From the NCBI RefSeq assembly GCF_006345805.1, contig NC_043004.1, positions 32,302,001 to 32,366,000 on the forward strand: a stretch of DNA of 64,000 bases, read 5' to 3'. Positions 12,280 to 24,049 of the stretch are shown here, one piece after another. The notes beneath the pieces were generated by a model. The model did not search any database, had not been told where the DNA came from, and saw nothing but the letters and a program-made list of their open reading frames with translations. Origin of the DNA: Octopus sinensis (lineage: Eukaryota). Made by a program: the position numbers and the translations under genes. The first letter of the stretch is position 1, and the number at the start of each line of letters is the position of its first letter.

Positions 12280-13774
12280 CATGGTGTTCTGTAAAGGGTG
12301 CTGAAGTTGAAAGGTGAATAGTTAAAACAAATTCTTATAAACATCGATATATTCTGCATGTTTCTAATGAATTATGTCTCCTGTTTAGGTATGGAACATA
12401 ATGTCAGTCATATGTCCACCTGCACTGAGTCCACGTACATTTATGCGCTCCTCGAAGTCTCCGATAGCTCTCTCACAGATGTGTGGCCCAATGCCTCCAC
12501 TCACAAGCGTGATTTCAGCTTTGAGTTCAGGAATTGTGCGTAGTTTCTTGACGTATACCTGTGATTTCACATACCCCATAAGAAGAAATCACAAGACCTT
12601 GATGGCCATTGCTGGTCACCTTGCAAGGACATCGTTCATTGTAGAAATTTTTTGTGGAATGATGCAAGTGTTTGGCACGAAGTGTGACAGGTTGCTCCAT
12701 CCTGCTGAAACCAGAGGTTGTCAGTCTCCGTATCTTCCAAGTTCAGCCATAACTGAGTGGATATCATGTCTCAGTAATGGTCTCCATTAATGGTAACTGC
12801 ATTCCCCCCCATCATTTTCAAAGAGGAACAGTCCATGTATTCCGCAAGCCCAAAAACCACACCACACAGTCGTTTTCAGTTGATGCATCTCATGCTCTTG
12901 CATTATTTGAGGATTTTCATTTCCCTAACTCCAGCAGTTCTGTTTATTGACAAATCCACTCAAGCAGAAGTGGGCCTTACTCTAGCATAGCTAGGGGTCA
13001 GGTAGGGGGCAGTCTGCCCCAGGTGGGACTTTTAAAGGGGCACTACTTTTGGGTCTGCTGTAGGCAGTATGTTTTTTGTGGTGTCTGGGGGTGGCAAGCG
13101 TAAGGGCCACCCCTGGCGGCATACACTCTAGCTACACTAGTTGGGCCTTGTCACTGAAGATGATTTTTTTTTGCAAAATTCTCATCAGCTGCAAGTCTCT
13201 CCACAACCCAGTCAACAAATTTCCTCTGTCGCCTGTGGTCAAGTAGCTGAAGATGCTGCGTAAGATGAATTTTGTACACATGCATATGGAGATCTTTATG
13301 CAGAATTCAATGTAATGAAGTGTTCAGAATGTCCAACAGCTACAAAACGTCAGCAAATTGATTTTCCTGAACTCAGAATGGCACTCTTGCACAACAGCAA
13401 TTTGTTGCTCTGCCTGATAAGAACAATTCTGCCCAGGTAATTTGGTTGTTGCAACTGACCCAGTTATTTTAAACTTTGTCATTAGTTTGCGTACTGCAGA
13501 CTCATTGGGTGCTTCATTTCTCCCCAAAATGATACAAAGTACTCAAGCTGTTTGTGTCGTACTTTCTCCGTTTTGGTAAAATGTTTTCATGACGAGAACG
13601 CGTTACTCAGTTGTAAACTACTCCATGACACACTGCATACTATTCTGAAAAACAAACAAAAAACTATTAATCAGAGTTAAGAGAGGTAGCAAACATGATA
13701 AAAGCATGCCTTCAAACTTCAAAACACAAGAGTGTTGCCCAATTCAAATTCAGTGCTCTTTATGGAACACCCTA
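12280..13774 (-). mobile_element. Tc1/mariner-superfamily transposon (maT-like, DUF4817-type HTH), full-length but degenerate
   Basis: TA-flanked imperfect TIRs CATGGTGTTCTGTAAAGGGTGCTGAA / TTCAGTGCTCTTTATGGAACACCCTA; transposase pieces NEAPNESAVRKLMTKFKITGSV, IIFSDKAHF, GYVKSQVYVKKLRTIPELKAEI. Confidence 0.85.
12979..13141. mobile_element. Short MITE with 8-bp target duplication (hAT-like)
   Basis: TGGGCCTT at 12971-12978 and 13142-13149; ends ...TAGCATAGCTAG / CTAGCTACACTAGT. Confidence 0.7.
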
Positions 13775-13829
13775 TACATATATATATATTATATATATAC
13801 ACACACACATATACACACACATATATACA

Positions 13830-15072
13830 CTGGGCTTTGAAAAAGTTTTGTTACACTTGTTACAATACTCTCAACAAAGGACACAATGATAGTTTGATGC
13901 AGTTAGACATGTTTTTATTGTTTTAACATATAAATATGTGTTCAGTATTAGTATCAATCCATGTGGCTGCCCTTGGCAATGAGTATGCATTCCAGGGGAG
14001 ACCTGAAGGCTATGCACATGTTGCAGATGAAATTCTTCCTTATGCTAGCTCAGAAGTGGTTGACGATGAACTTCAGTTTGTTGACGTTGCTGTGGAAGAC
14101 CTTGCAGGCCTTACCCTCGACATGCACCCACATGCAGTAGTCAGTGGGGTTAAGGTTGGTCAATTGCAGTGGCCAAAAGTCCTTCACTCAGTTTATGTTC
14201 AACCCCCAACCACTCTTGCATGGCCTTGGTTATGTGAGCTGGGGTACTGCCCAGCTGAGAGATGTAGTCCACCTTCGTCATGATCTTTCTCACTTAGAGC
14301 AGAACTTTTGTGGCTAAGATGTCCCTGTAGTCAGCCATGGTGAGCCTGTAACTGGCTGCGAACCATGCTGGAAACATCTCACCATTCAAAGCCACAATAC
14401 TGAGCATCATCACGGAGGTTGGGTGCTTGGTCATGGACTAGTAGCAGACCTTGGAGACATCCTGGACGAAGCTGACCATGTGCTCATTCTGCTTGTTAAT
14501 GACCGGTTTTTTCATCAGAAAAAATTAGAATTTGATTGCCATGACACTTCAGGTCATTGAGAAGGCAACAACAGCACTCCCGACATTATTCTCACAGTCG
14601 GTGCCTTTCCATGCATTTCAAGCTCTTGCCACCCTCCACCTTGATGATCTTGGCCACTGAGATGGTGTTCTTTGTGAGCACAACCATTTTGAGCTTTGGA
14701 TCACTTTCAAAGGCCTTTCTCACAGCCAAATGACTGACAACTTAAAGTCTGCCTGATTGTGGTTGATCTTTGAGGTTTTTCCTATTCTTGAGTCTCTCCA
14801 TGATTCTTTGGATTGTTATCCATTCTTGAGTCTCTCCATAACTCTGTTGACAGTTATCCACTTGGCAATGTTGTAACCCGTGCACAGGAAAGCAGAGACC
14901 TTGATTCTTTTTACTTCCATCTTGATACACTCACAAACAATGGGAAAGATGTTTTAATGACATGCTGGAAAAGTAGAATTTTAAGTATGTTTGCTGGCAC
15001 TTTTTTTTTATCACACACATAAACCTCTCAAAAGATCAGAACCAAGTGTAACAGGACTTTTGCAAAGCCTGA
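13830..15072 (-). mobile_element. Tc1/mariner-superfamily transposon, degenerate
   Basis: TIRs GGCTTTGAAAAAGTTTTGTTACACTTG / CAAGTGTAACAGGACTTTTGCAAAGCC; WPLQLTNLNPTDYCMWVHVEGKAC and LKDQPQSGR motifs. Confidence 0.8.
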
Positions 15073-15077
15073 TAATA

Positions 15078-15121
<44 letters not shown>

Positions 15122-15349
15122 TTGGTCAAACAAAATGCTGCTTGGCTGACTGGATTGCAGAGCACCTCTGAAACATCACAATAGGCAATGATACCCTGGT
15201 CTCACACCACTTACATTCTACTGGTCATTTGCTACAACATCTGTGTGTTCAGACTGTCTCTGTAAAGGGGCCACCTTGACTCTTGCCTTCACCACCAACA
15301 GGAATTAATCTTCTCTCTTTGTTCCTTTGTGCCATAAGGGCTCAACTCA

Positions 15350-16200
15350 CTACCTCTCTTCATCTGACACCAACCCCACATGGATTCCACACACCTCCCA
15401 CATTCAACTGCCCCACCTCCACCTACTCACCTGCATATTGCCTACCTTGGTACCCTCACCACACACATACATCCATACACACTATTCAACTCATTACTCA
15501 CTTCACACGCCATTACACACACACCCGTAAACACCTTCCCACTCCACACACACTAGCACCAAACCCTTCTCAGCACCCACAACACACACCATTATCCACA
15601 CATCTACACACAGTTTTCAATAGCATCACCACACATACCATTATATGAGCAGCTCTGCACACTGCTTAACTCAGTACACACATCACACACCATCATACAC
15701 ATTCCCATACCCACACAAGCACATAATACCTGAACAGAGACAATATATACACACACATGCAACACGCATAAGCACATGCCACACGCATAGACACAAATAG
15801 CTTTCATCCACAAACATACATTATACCCATGCACACTATTTGGTCACAAGCACACACACATATACACATGCACACACCATCTGAACAAGCACACAACAAC
15901 TGCTACACACAACACACACACATACATAGACACAGATAACTTTCACCCACAAACATACACTATATGCATGCACACTATTTGGTCACAAACACACCCACAT
16001 GCACACACCACCTGAACAAGCACACACCAACTGCTACACACACATGCACACACACGTTCGCCTCACACATATGCACACATCCATACGCATACACATATAC
16101 ACATTCTATAAGCACACACACTCGCCCACACATATGTACTCCCACACTTGCCCCCATTCATACACACACACTCACACACACCATTCTCACATACATACAT
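15350..16200. repeat. Degenerate CA-rich low-complexity tract with an internal ~170-bp duplication
   Basis: CTTTCAYCCACAAACATACA...ATGCACACTATTTGGTCACAA...CTGAACAAGCACAC occurs near 15800 and again near 15940. Confidence 0.6.
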
Positions 16201-16889
16201 GCGCTTGCACACCTTGGTTCACTTACTCTTGCCCTTATACACCTCTGCTGTTGCTTGTCACTCTACCACTGTCTTCAAACTCGGTTACTCCATATCTACA
16301 ACCATACTCCTCAACCCCTTTTAACAACCCATTCAAGCCTTTCTTCTTTCATTCTTCTGTCTCCTATATCTCTCTTTTGTAAGACTACCTTCTGTAAAAA
16401 ATACATATTTAGGGTTGTACTACTCTCTATACTCATGAAATAACCCTGCCCACTCTGTGCTAGCACTACAAGAAAAGGCTTCCTCCTCTAGTGCACTTCC
16501 TAGAGTGATTGGTTAGCAAGTTGAGGAAAAAGGAAGATGAAAGGTTCTTTTAGTCCAGTCGTGCCAAGAACTTCATCTTCCATTAGTCATCACCTCTAGT
16601 CCACAGATGATTTGCCAATACGAAAGAAAAAATATTTCCTTTATTGTCTATAATTAATATCAATTTAACTTGATAATTTTATACAATATGTAGAAGCTCT
16701 GCTAGCTACTATTGATTTTTGTCTTTAATCTTATCAAAAAATATATTTGAATATTAGTGAAGATTGTCCTATACACATGAACAGCTGTAAATTTTCACTC
16801 TGATAAAAAAAAAAGAATAGAAAAGGATTTTGGCCTTGTTTTATGCACCAATGTTTAATTGGTTCACAGTGAAATATCTATACAAAAAC

Positions 16890-16921
<32 letters not shown>

Positions 16922-17029
16922 TATATATATATATCTACTATATAAATGTGTTTGTACTTATGTGTGAGTGTTAGCACCGAAAGTCTCTGAAATGGTGAGT
17001 CCTTGATATATACATATATATATATAGTG

Positions 17030-17745
17030 TCACACCCTAGCAGTTGAGGGAACCTGTGGAAGAGGTAGACCCAGGAAGACCTGGGATGAGGTGGTGAAGC
17101 ACAACCTTTGAACATTAGGCCTCACCGAAGCAATGACTAGTGACCGAGACCTTTGGAAATATGCTGTGCTTGAGAAGACCTGGCAAGCCAAGTGAGACCA
17201 TAACCCATGGCCTATGACAGTGGTGTAACCAGCCCACTTATGTGTACCTTTCCTTCATTGGACACTAAACTCTGCTTGCGAAGACCTGTTGAGGCAAGTG
17301 AAATTGAAATCAAATTCGCTGACATGGCCAATGACAGCACTGCCTGACTAGCATCTGTGCTAGTGGAACATTAAGAGCACCATCTGAGTGTGATCGTTGC
17401 CAAGGCCACTGACTGACTCCCATGCTGATGGCATGTAAAAAGCACCATTTGAGTGTGATCGTTACCAGTGTCGCCTTACTGGCACTTGTGCTGATGGCAC
17501 GTGAAAAACAAGATTTGAGCATGGCCATTGCCAGTACCCGCCTGACTGGCCCTCGTGCCAGTGGCACGTAAAAGCATCCACTACACTCTCAGAGCGGTTG
17601 GTGTTAGGAAGGGCATCCAGCTGTAGAAACTCTGCCAGATTAAATTGGAGACTGGTGCAGCCATCTGGCTCGCCAGTCATCAGTCAAACCGTCCAACCCA
17701 TGCCAGCATGAATAGTGGACGTTAAACGATGATGATGATGATGAT
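17030..17745 (+). mobile_element. 5'-truncated RTE LINE 3' end
   Basis: LAVEGTCGRGRPRKTWDEVVKHNL ORF end, then a modular 3' UTR and (GAT)n tail. Confidence 0.9.
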
Positions 17746-17803
17746 TATATATATATATATATATAAGGAAAATACATATCAACATGTGTGTTACTTTTCA
17801 ACC

Positions 17804-17843
<40 letters not shown>

Positions 17844-18413
17844 GGCACTACATGCCTATACTCTAGATACAAGAACTCTGAACTGATGCGGCCTACTGCC
17901 ATAAAGATTTTCACACATGCACAGGAATTTTGTCCATTCGGCATTAGTTTTGACAGGAAAAAAATAAAGTCAGATGCTTTTTGAATGCATCTCGTCTATA
18001 TTCCCACATTTATCATTCCAAAAATGTCTCTTTTTGCAGCTTCAATTTCACATAGCTGGGAAAATTCAATGTTGATAACTTATTTCCCACAGCGTATTGA
18101 AATGGATACAAAAACAAAATAATCACAAAGTTTAAAGCTGTTGAAATCAATTCTGAAATGGGTTAAATCTAATTTCAATGAATTGGGTCAGGCATTTAAT
18201 ATGTTATCATAATATTATCATTGTTGCCATATTCATTTTGTTGATGCCATTGCTGTCACTGTTATCATCATCATAATCATCATCATCATTAACACCTCTA
18301 CTAATATTAACATCACTATCATCATCATTTTAACATCCTTTGATTTGAGTAAGACAGAATTCGGTGAGGTAGGTTTTCTATGTCCATATTCCTTCCTGCT
18401 GCCAACTTTCACT

Positions 18414-18852
18414 GCATGTTTACAAGCAAGATAATATTTCCCCTTAGCTAGACATTTTCCCAAGAAAAATTGGAAATGAAATACACCACATGTATGATGG
18501 TGACACTTGTTTACAACTATCACGCATGTTTACAAGCAAGATAATATTTCCCCTTAGCTAGACATTTTCCCAAGAAAAATTGGAAATGAAATACACCACA
18601 TGTATGATGGTGACACTTGTTTACAACTATCACGCATGTTTACAAGCAAGATAATATTTCCCCTTAGCTAGACATTTTCCCAAGAAAAATCGGAAATGAA
18701 ATACACCACATGTATGATGGTGACACTTGTTTACAACTATCACGCATGTTTACAAGCAAGATAATATTTCCCCTTAGCTAGACATTTTCCCAAGAAAAAT
18801 TGGAAATGAAATACACCACATGTATGATGGTGACACTTGTTTACAACTATCA
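18414..18852. repeat. Tandem repeat, 4 x 110 bp, almost perfect
   Basis: Units start at 18414, 18524, 18634 and 18744; I see one substitution (18691). Confidence 0.95.
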
Positions 18853-19198
18853 TGTAATGTCAAGACAAGCAGACAAGCAAACACACACACGTGCGTGTGT
18901 GCATGTGTGTGCATGTAGGTGCAGGTATGGATGTGTGGTTAAGAAGTCTGCTTCCCTATCATGTGTGACACTTGTCTTCCATTAAAGCCCTGTGCCAGCC
19001 AAAGCCTTGTGAGTGGATTTGGTTGATGGAGACTGAAAGAAGCCCAACATCATCATCATTTAATTTCTGATTTCCATGCTAGCATGGGTTGGACAGTTTG
19101 AGAGGAGCTGGAAAGTCAGAAAATTGTGCCAAGCTCAACTCTCTAATTTGGCATAGTTTCTAAGGCTGGATGCTCTTCCTAATGTCAACCACTGTATT

Positions 19199-19275
<77 letters not shown>

Positions 19276-19699
19276 GTATGTATGTTTGCATCTCTTTGTC
19301 TGGATACATTGTGATAGTTGTAAATAAAAAGCAGTGTCATTTATTTCCAATATTCTGTGAAAACAATTGTGGTCATAGAGAAATATTATCTTGCTTCTTG
19401 AAAACTAGTAAGTGTTGGTGACTGGCCATAGGAGATCTGTTTCACTAAATTCCATTCAATCTATGCATTCATTCAAAAGAGGACATTGAATGAGGATGAT
19501 GATTTATTTATATTTATATATATATATATATATAGGCACAGGAGTGGCTGTGTGGTAAGTAGCTTGATTACCAACCACATGGTTCTGGGTTCATTCCCAC
19601 TGCGTGGCATCTTGGGCAAGTGTTTTCTACTATAGCCTCGGGCCGATCAAAGCCTTGTGAGTGGATTTGGTAGACGGAAACTGGAAGAAGCCCGTCGTA

Positions 19700-19741
<42 letters not shown>

Positions 19742-19946
19742 GTGAAATAGAAAGATGAATAATCTTGTAGCAGATTAATCAAAAGTTTAACCGATACCTT
19801 GGTAGCAAAAATCACAGCAGTAGACAGCACGGTTGGAGGTACAACCATATGGTGTTGCAACCGTGCGTTGGTGCGGATAATTGAATTTTAATATTACTGG
19901 TGAATTGAAGAAATGGAGCTGAACGAAGATTGAACAGAAATCGTTT

Positions 19947-20039
19947 TATTTCATTCTACACGTGTTTCGAAAGGCACAATTTACCAAAATCCGATTGAAT
20001 AATGAGACCATATTGTGTCTTTCTCTTCAGGAAGAAATA
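19947..20039 (-). ncRNA. Type I hammerhead ribozyme (inverted pLTR copy)
   Basis: Reverse complement of 22381-22473; core intact. Confidence 0.85.
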
Positions 20040-20442
20040 GGAAATCCATTGGGAAAAAACAAAAACAGAACAGAGGCGGAGCAAAACAAATCGAACTAGG
20101 CTCCTAAGAGCCCATGGTCAAACTGTTTATCAGTGTATGTTGAGAACCGGTGGTGGGTGCATTGAAGATTTTAACGGGTCAGGCAACGGTCATTCCTGTG
20201 GGTGAGGGTGTGTAGATGTTCTTTGTGACCGAGAATAAAGTTCTGACTACTTAAAGAATATTGGATGTATTATATGGGACGAGAAAAAATCTACTTAGAG
20301 ACATGTGTGTGTTTACTGTTCTATATATGTGTGCTGGTGCCAGTTGGTAAGAAGCGCTATTTTCTGGTCACTGCTGAGAACTCCGTCAAGGGGTAGAAAA
20401 CATTTATAGGCAGAAGGTAATTATATTGATCCGGCCCTTCCG

Positions 20443-21708
20443 ATGCCATCATTCGGTCATCAGGATAGAGCCGTCTATAATAACATAAACAATTTAAGTA
20501 GTGACGGGAGCGCAGCGGGTGCTGGGGCAGTCGCTCCCGCATTTAATTTAGCGAACAAGGATAATTATCGGTCCGGGGGATCTCACACTAACCCAAAACC
20601 CGTTAGTCATCCGAGAATCACCCACCCGAATGCGAGAGCTGGCGTCCTGACCCATCACATAGATAGGAATAAGCATATATGGTTTGTAATTCCCTTTGGT
20701 AAGCAGATTAGAACTAACCTCCCCCTCATGTTTCGACAAGCCATCGACAATAACTTCCCCAGAAATTCCAAATATTACTCCACGGTTAACTCGCATAAAG
20801 TTAGGATAGCTTTCTCCAACACTAAAAACCTCGCCCAGATAATCGCCTCCCATAATAATAGGCTGCTTGCTAAGACCCTATCACCTTTTTCCGGAGGCAC
20901 AGCTTCTTCCGCTTCCGGTTTAATGCTCAGTAGGAATAATTATAGTAGTAATAATGATACGAGAGCCAGTACAGTGACTCATAATCTCAGCTCCAGCCAG
21001 GGATTATATACTAGGGGTATAGTTATAAATAGGGGAGTTGTAGTTGACGGTAACAATGGCAGTAGTGAGGTGAGCGCAGCTCGGCTCGTTAGGGTAGAGA
21101 GTCCCAATAGCAACCCCAGCATCGTTTCCGGCAATAGCAGCACCACGGGCACTAGCAATGACAGCACTCTGATAGATAGTGGAGAATCAGGGGTTATTCC
21201 GTTAGTTAATAGTGACGTAGTGGAAAATAAAGTAGTAAGCAGCTGTAGTTCTCGTAACAAATATAGTGACAGTAACGCAGTTCTAATTTCAGAAACTAAT
21301 CCTAGCAGAATAAGATTCACGTCGGCGAACTCCAAGATCAGAAACGCCGTCTACCAATGCAAGGTTTACACGGACTCAGAAGTCTACACTTATGTAGGGG
21401 CCTCATCGTCAAGATTGGCTTTGCGAATCTCCAATCATTACGCAACTTTTCGAGACATGAATAAACGCCAGACCACGGGACTCAGCAAGCTAATATGGCG
21501 ATTGAAGAATACGAACTCAAGCTACAGGCTGGAATGGTCAATTTTGTTGGTGGCCCTCCCATTTGATAGGGGCAGAAGGAAGTGCAACCTTTGTGTCTCC
21601 GAACTCTTCCATATATTGTTCGCCAGAGACCGGATGGTAAACGGACTTTTACAGTCGGCTTATCGATGCCCCCATTGGCGGCGTTATACTTATCTGGCTT
21701 ATAAATAA
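20443..21708 (+). CDS. PLE ORF remnant: post-RT region plus GIY-YIG endonuclease, no RT core (421 aa)
   Basis: HIWFVIPFGKQIRTN...FP...VRIAFSNTKNLAQIIASHNNRLL is a PLE post-RT block; AVY...YVG...R..NH...LSKLIWRLK...CNLC..E...RCPH is GIY-YIG. Confidence 0.85.
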   Translation: MPSFGHQDRAVYNNINNLSSDGSAAGAGAVAPAFNLANKDNYRSGGSHTNPKPVSHPRITHPNARAGVLTHHIDRNKHIWFVIPFGKQIRTNLPLMFRQAIDNNFPRNSKYYSTVNSHKVRIAFSNTKNLAQIIASHNNRLLAKTLSPFSGGTASSASGLMLSRNNYSSNNDTRASTVTHNLSSSQGLYTRGIVINRGVVVDGNNGSSEVSAARLVRVESPNSNPSIVSGNSSTTGTSNDSTLIDSGESGVIPLVNSDVVENKVVSSCSSRNKYSDSNAVLISETNPSRIRFTSANSKIRNAVYQCKVYTDSEVYTYVGASSSRLALRISNHYATFRDMNKRQTTGLSKLIWRLKNTNSSYRLEWSILLVALPFDRGRRKCNLCVSELFHILFARDRMVNGLLQSAYRCPHWRRYTYLAYK

Positions 21709-22380
21709 CGCTTATAAATAATACCTGCACCCGGTTACACTACTTATATGAAAATAGCCCTTGGTAATAAATTCTGAAAAAGCCTTTAAGATAATTACGA
21801 TTAACCACTGCAAGGGGAATTACTCCTGTGAGATGAATGGGGCTTTGTTTTTGACGATGGGGGGTTTCTTTGACAAGGCATGATTAGACGAACACACGCA
21901 CACATAAAACATAAATTATTTTTCTGCCGCCCGACGGTTTTTACTGCAGTGACCATGGTGTAGAGCTGTTTAACAACTGACAGCCGAGTGATCAAACGCA
22001 CACACGTACACAAAAAATGTTTTCTACCCCTTGACGGAGTTCTCAGCAGTGACCAGAAAATAGTGCTTCTTACCAACTGGCGCCAGCACACATATATAGA
22101 ACAGTAAACACACACATGTCTCTAAGTAGATTTTTTCTCGCCCCATATAATACATCCAATATTCTTTAAGTAGTCAGAACTTTATTCTCGGTCACAAAGA
22201 ACATCTACACACCCTCACCCACAGGAATGACCGTTGCCTGACCCGATAAAATCTTCAACGCACCCACCACCGGTTCTCAACATACACTGATAAACAGTTT
22301 GACCATGGGCTCTTAGGAGCCTAGTTCGATTTGTTTTGCTCCGCCTCTGTTCTGTTTTTGTTTTTTCCCAACGGATTTCC

Positions 22381-22473
22381 TATTTCTTCCTGAAGAGAAA
22401 GACACAATATGGTCTCATTATTCAATTGGATTTTGGTAAATTGTGCCTTTCGAAACACGTGTAGAATGAAATA
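22381..22473 (+). ncRNA. Type I hammerhead ribozyme
   Basis: Stem I TATTTCTTC/GAATGAAATA, CTGAAGA, stem II GAAAGACACAAT/ATTGTGCCTTTC, GAAAC-ACGT-GTA; predicted cleavage after 22463. Confidence 0.85.
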
Positions 22474-22523
22474 AAACGATTTCTGTTCAATCTTCGTTCA
22501 GCTCCATTTCTTCAATTCACCAG

Positions 22524-22560
<37 letters not shown>

Positions 22561-22891
22561 TATATGTATGTGTGTGTATGTTTGTGTGTCTGTATTTGTC
22601 CCCCCACCATTGCTTGACAACCGATGGTGGTGTGTTTACGGCCCTGTAACTTAGCAGTTCAGCAAAAGAGACTGATAGAATAAGTACTAGGCTTACAAAG
22701 AATAAGTCCTGGGGTTGATTTACTCGACTAAAGGGCAGTGCTCCAGCATGGCCACAGTCAAATGACTGAAACAAGCAAAAGAGTAAAGAGTAAAAGAGTA
22801 TATATATATGGTTTTTTTTAGAAAATCTGGAGAAGAAGCACACTCTAAGAAGTAGAGCAGTCTATATTATTTATTGGTGAAGGTTGGTTTA

Positions 22892-22951
22892 TAGAGTTAC
22901 CCTGGGTTTCTCACCATAAAGAGTACCTTTATGGCGTATCTTCAAACCCTA
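22892..22951 (-). ncRNA. Type I hammerhead ribozyme variant (U at position 3), different family
   Basis: Minus strand TAGGGT-TTGAAGA-TACGCCATAAAG-GTACT-CTTTATGGTGA-GAAAC-CCAGG-GTA-ACTCTA; all three stems pair. Confidence 0.7.
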
Positions 22952-24049
22952 AGACCAGTTGGCTTATTGCCTCTTTAAAATATGGAGGAGGAAATGCTAC
23001 AAATATAAACAAGGATTATAAACAGGGATTATTTCCCTTTGGTGCTGGTCATCGGTTTCCAGCTGAGTCATCCTCCTTCAGTCATGTTACCTGTCAGCTA
23101 TGAGGGTAAAAGGCAGGGGATCCCCACCACTGGGGAAGATAAACAATAATAGCAATAATAGCATATTGTAACAATTTTGGCTACAGTGGTAACAGTGATA
23201 GCACCCCTTCCACATCCGGCAATAACATTACCAATGCCACCACCACCTCCACCTTCTCCAACGCCAACACCAATGGCTCGAACAACATCATTGTTAATGA
23301 CAACACCAGCAAGAAGAACAGCAGCAGCAGCTCCGTCGAACCCAACAGCAGCATCGATGACAGCAACATCAAAATTTGGACCTGGAGATCTCCATTTCCA
23401 GCAACTTCGAAGGCCACCTCCCAGTGGTGTCAGGCGTCAATGAAGAGCCCTCGTCTACAACAAGACGACCAAAGTATTTTTTTTTCCAAGGTCTGGGGTC
23501 TCCTGCCCCTAAGCCCTAGACCATCACCTAATCATCCTTACCCGTCTTGTTGATTAAAAACAACAACAACAGCAGCAACATCAACATTGGCGAACTTAAT
23601 AACACTAACACATGCACCACTGGCAACATACACAGAGGTAGCAACACTATCAACGCAACCACCACCAACAGCCCCAGCTCCAACACCACCAGAATCAACA
23701 CCATCAGCAGCACCAAGAGCAGCAATAACAGAAACCTATTCAGCCACCCTGCCAAGGATATGGTGAAGTCATGGGACTGTAGCATGGCAGATTGTGAAGA
23801 GGTAGTAGAAGAGTTCAACTGAGCCATCAGTGTTTCTTACATTGATGCCGAACAGTAGAATCCTAGAAGATCAATGATCAGGATCACCAAGCTCTCTAAA
23901 GAGAGTAACTGCAATATATCCATAGTGGTGGTGTGCATGGTTGTATAATCAGCTAATGAAAAATTCACTATGATTCAAGTTCCAAATTCAAATTCATAAT
24001 AATGGAACTGGATGGTTATAGAAAGTCATGGGAATCTATGAAAGCAGTG

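Larger units (their letters stand above)
19740..22529 (+). mobile_element. Penelope-like retroelement, 5'-truncated, with inverted terminal repeats
   Basis: 19891-20405 is the reverse complement of 22015-22529 with few mismatches; contains a GIY-YIG ORF and HHRs; (TA)n on both sides. Confidence 0.9.
19534..22800 (+). mobile_element. tRNA-headed SINE split by the PLE (head 19534-19700, tail about 22560-22800)
   Basis: The two halves are collinear with the uninterrupted copy at 27632-28048. Confidence 0.85.

Noticed and set aside
21709-22380. SECIS/selenoprotein signal as in Naiad PLEs
   Set aside because: The ORF has no in-frame TGA and I could not identify a convincing SECIS by eye; SECISearch would settle it.
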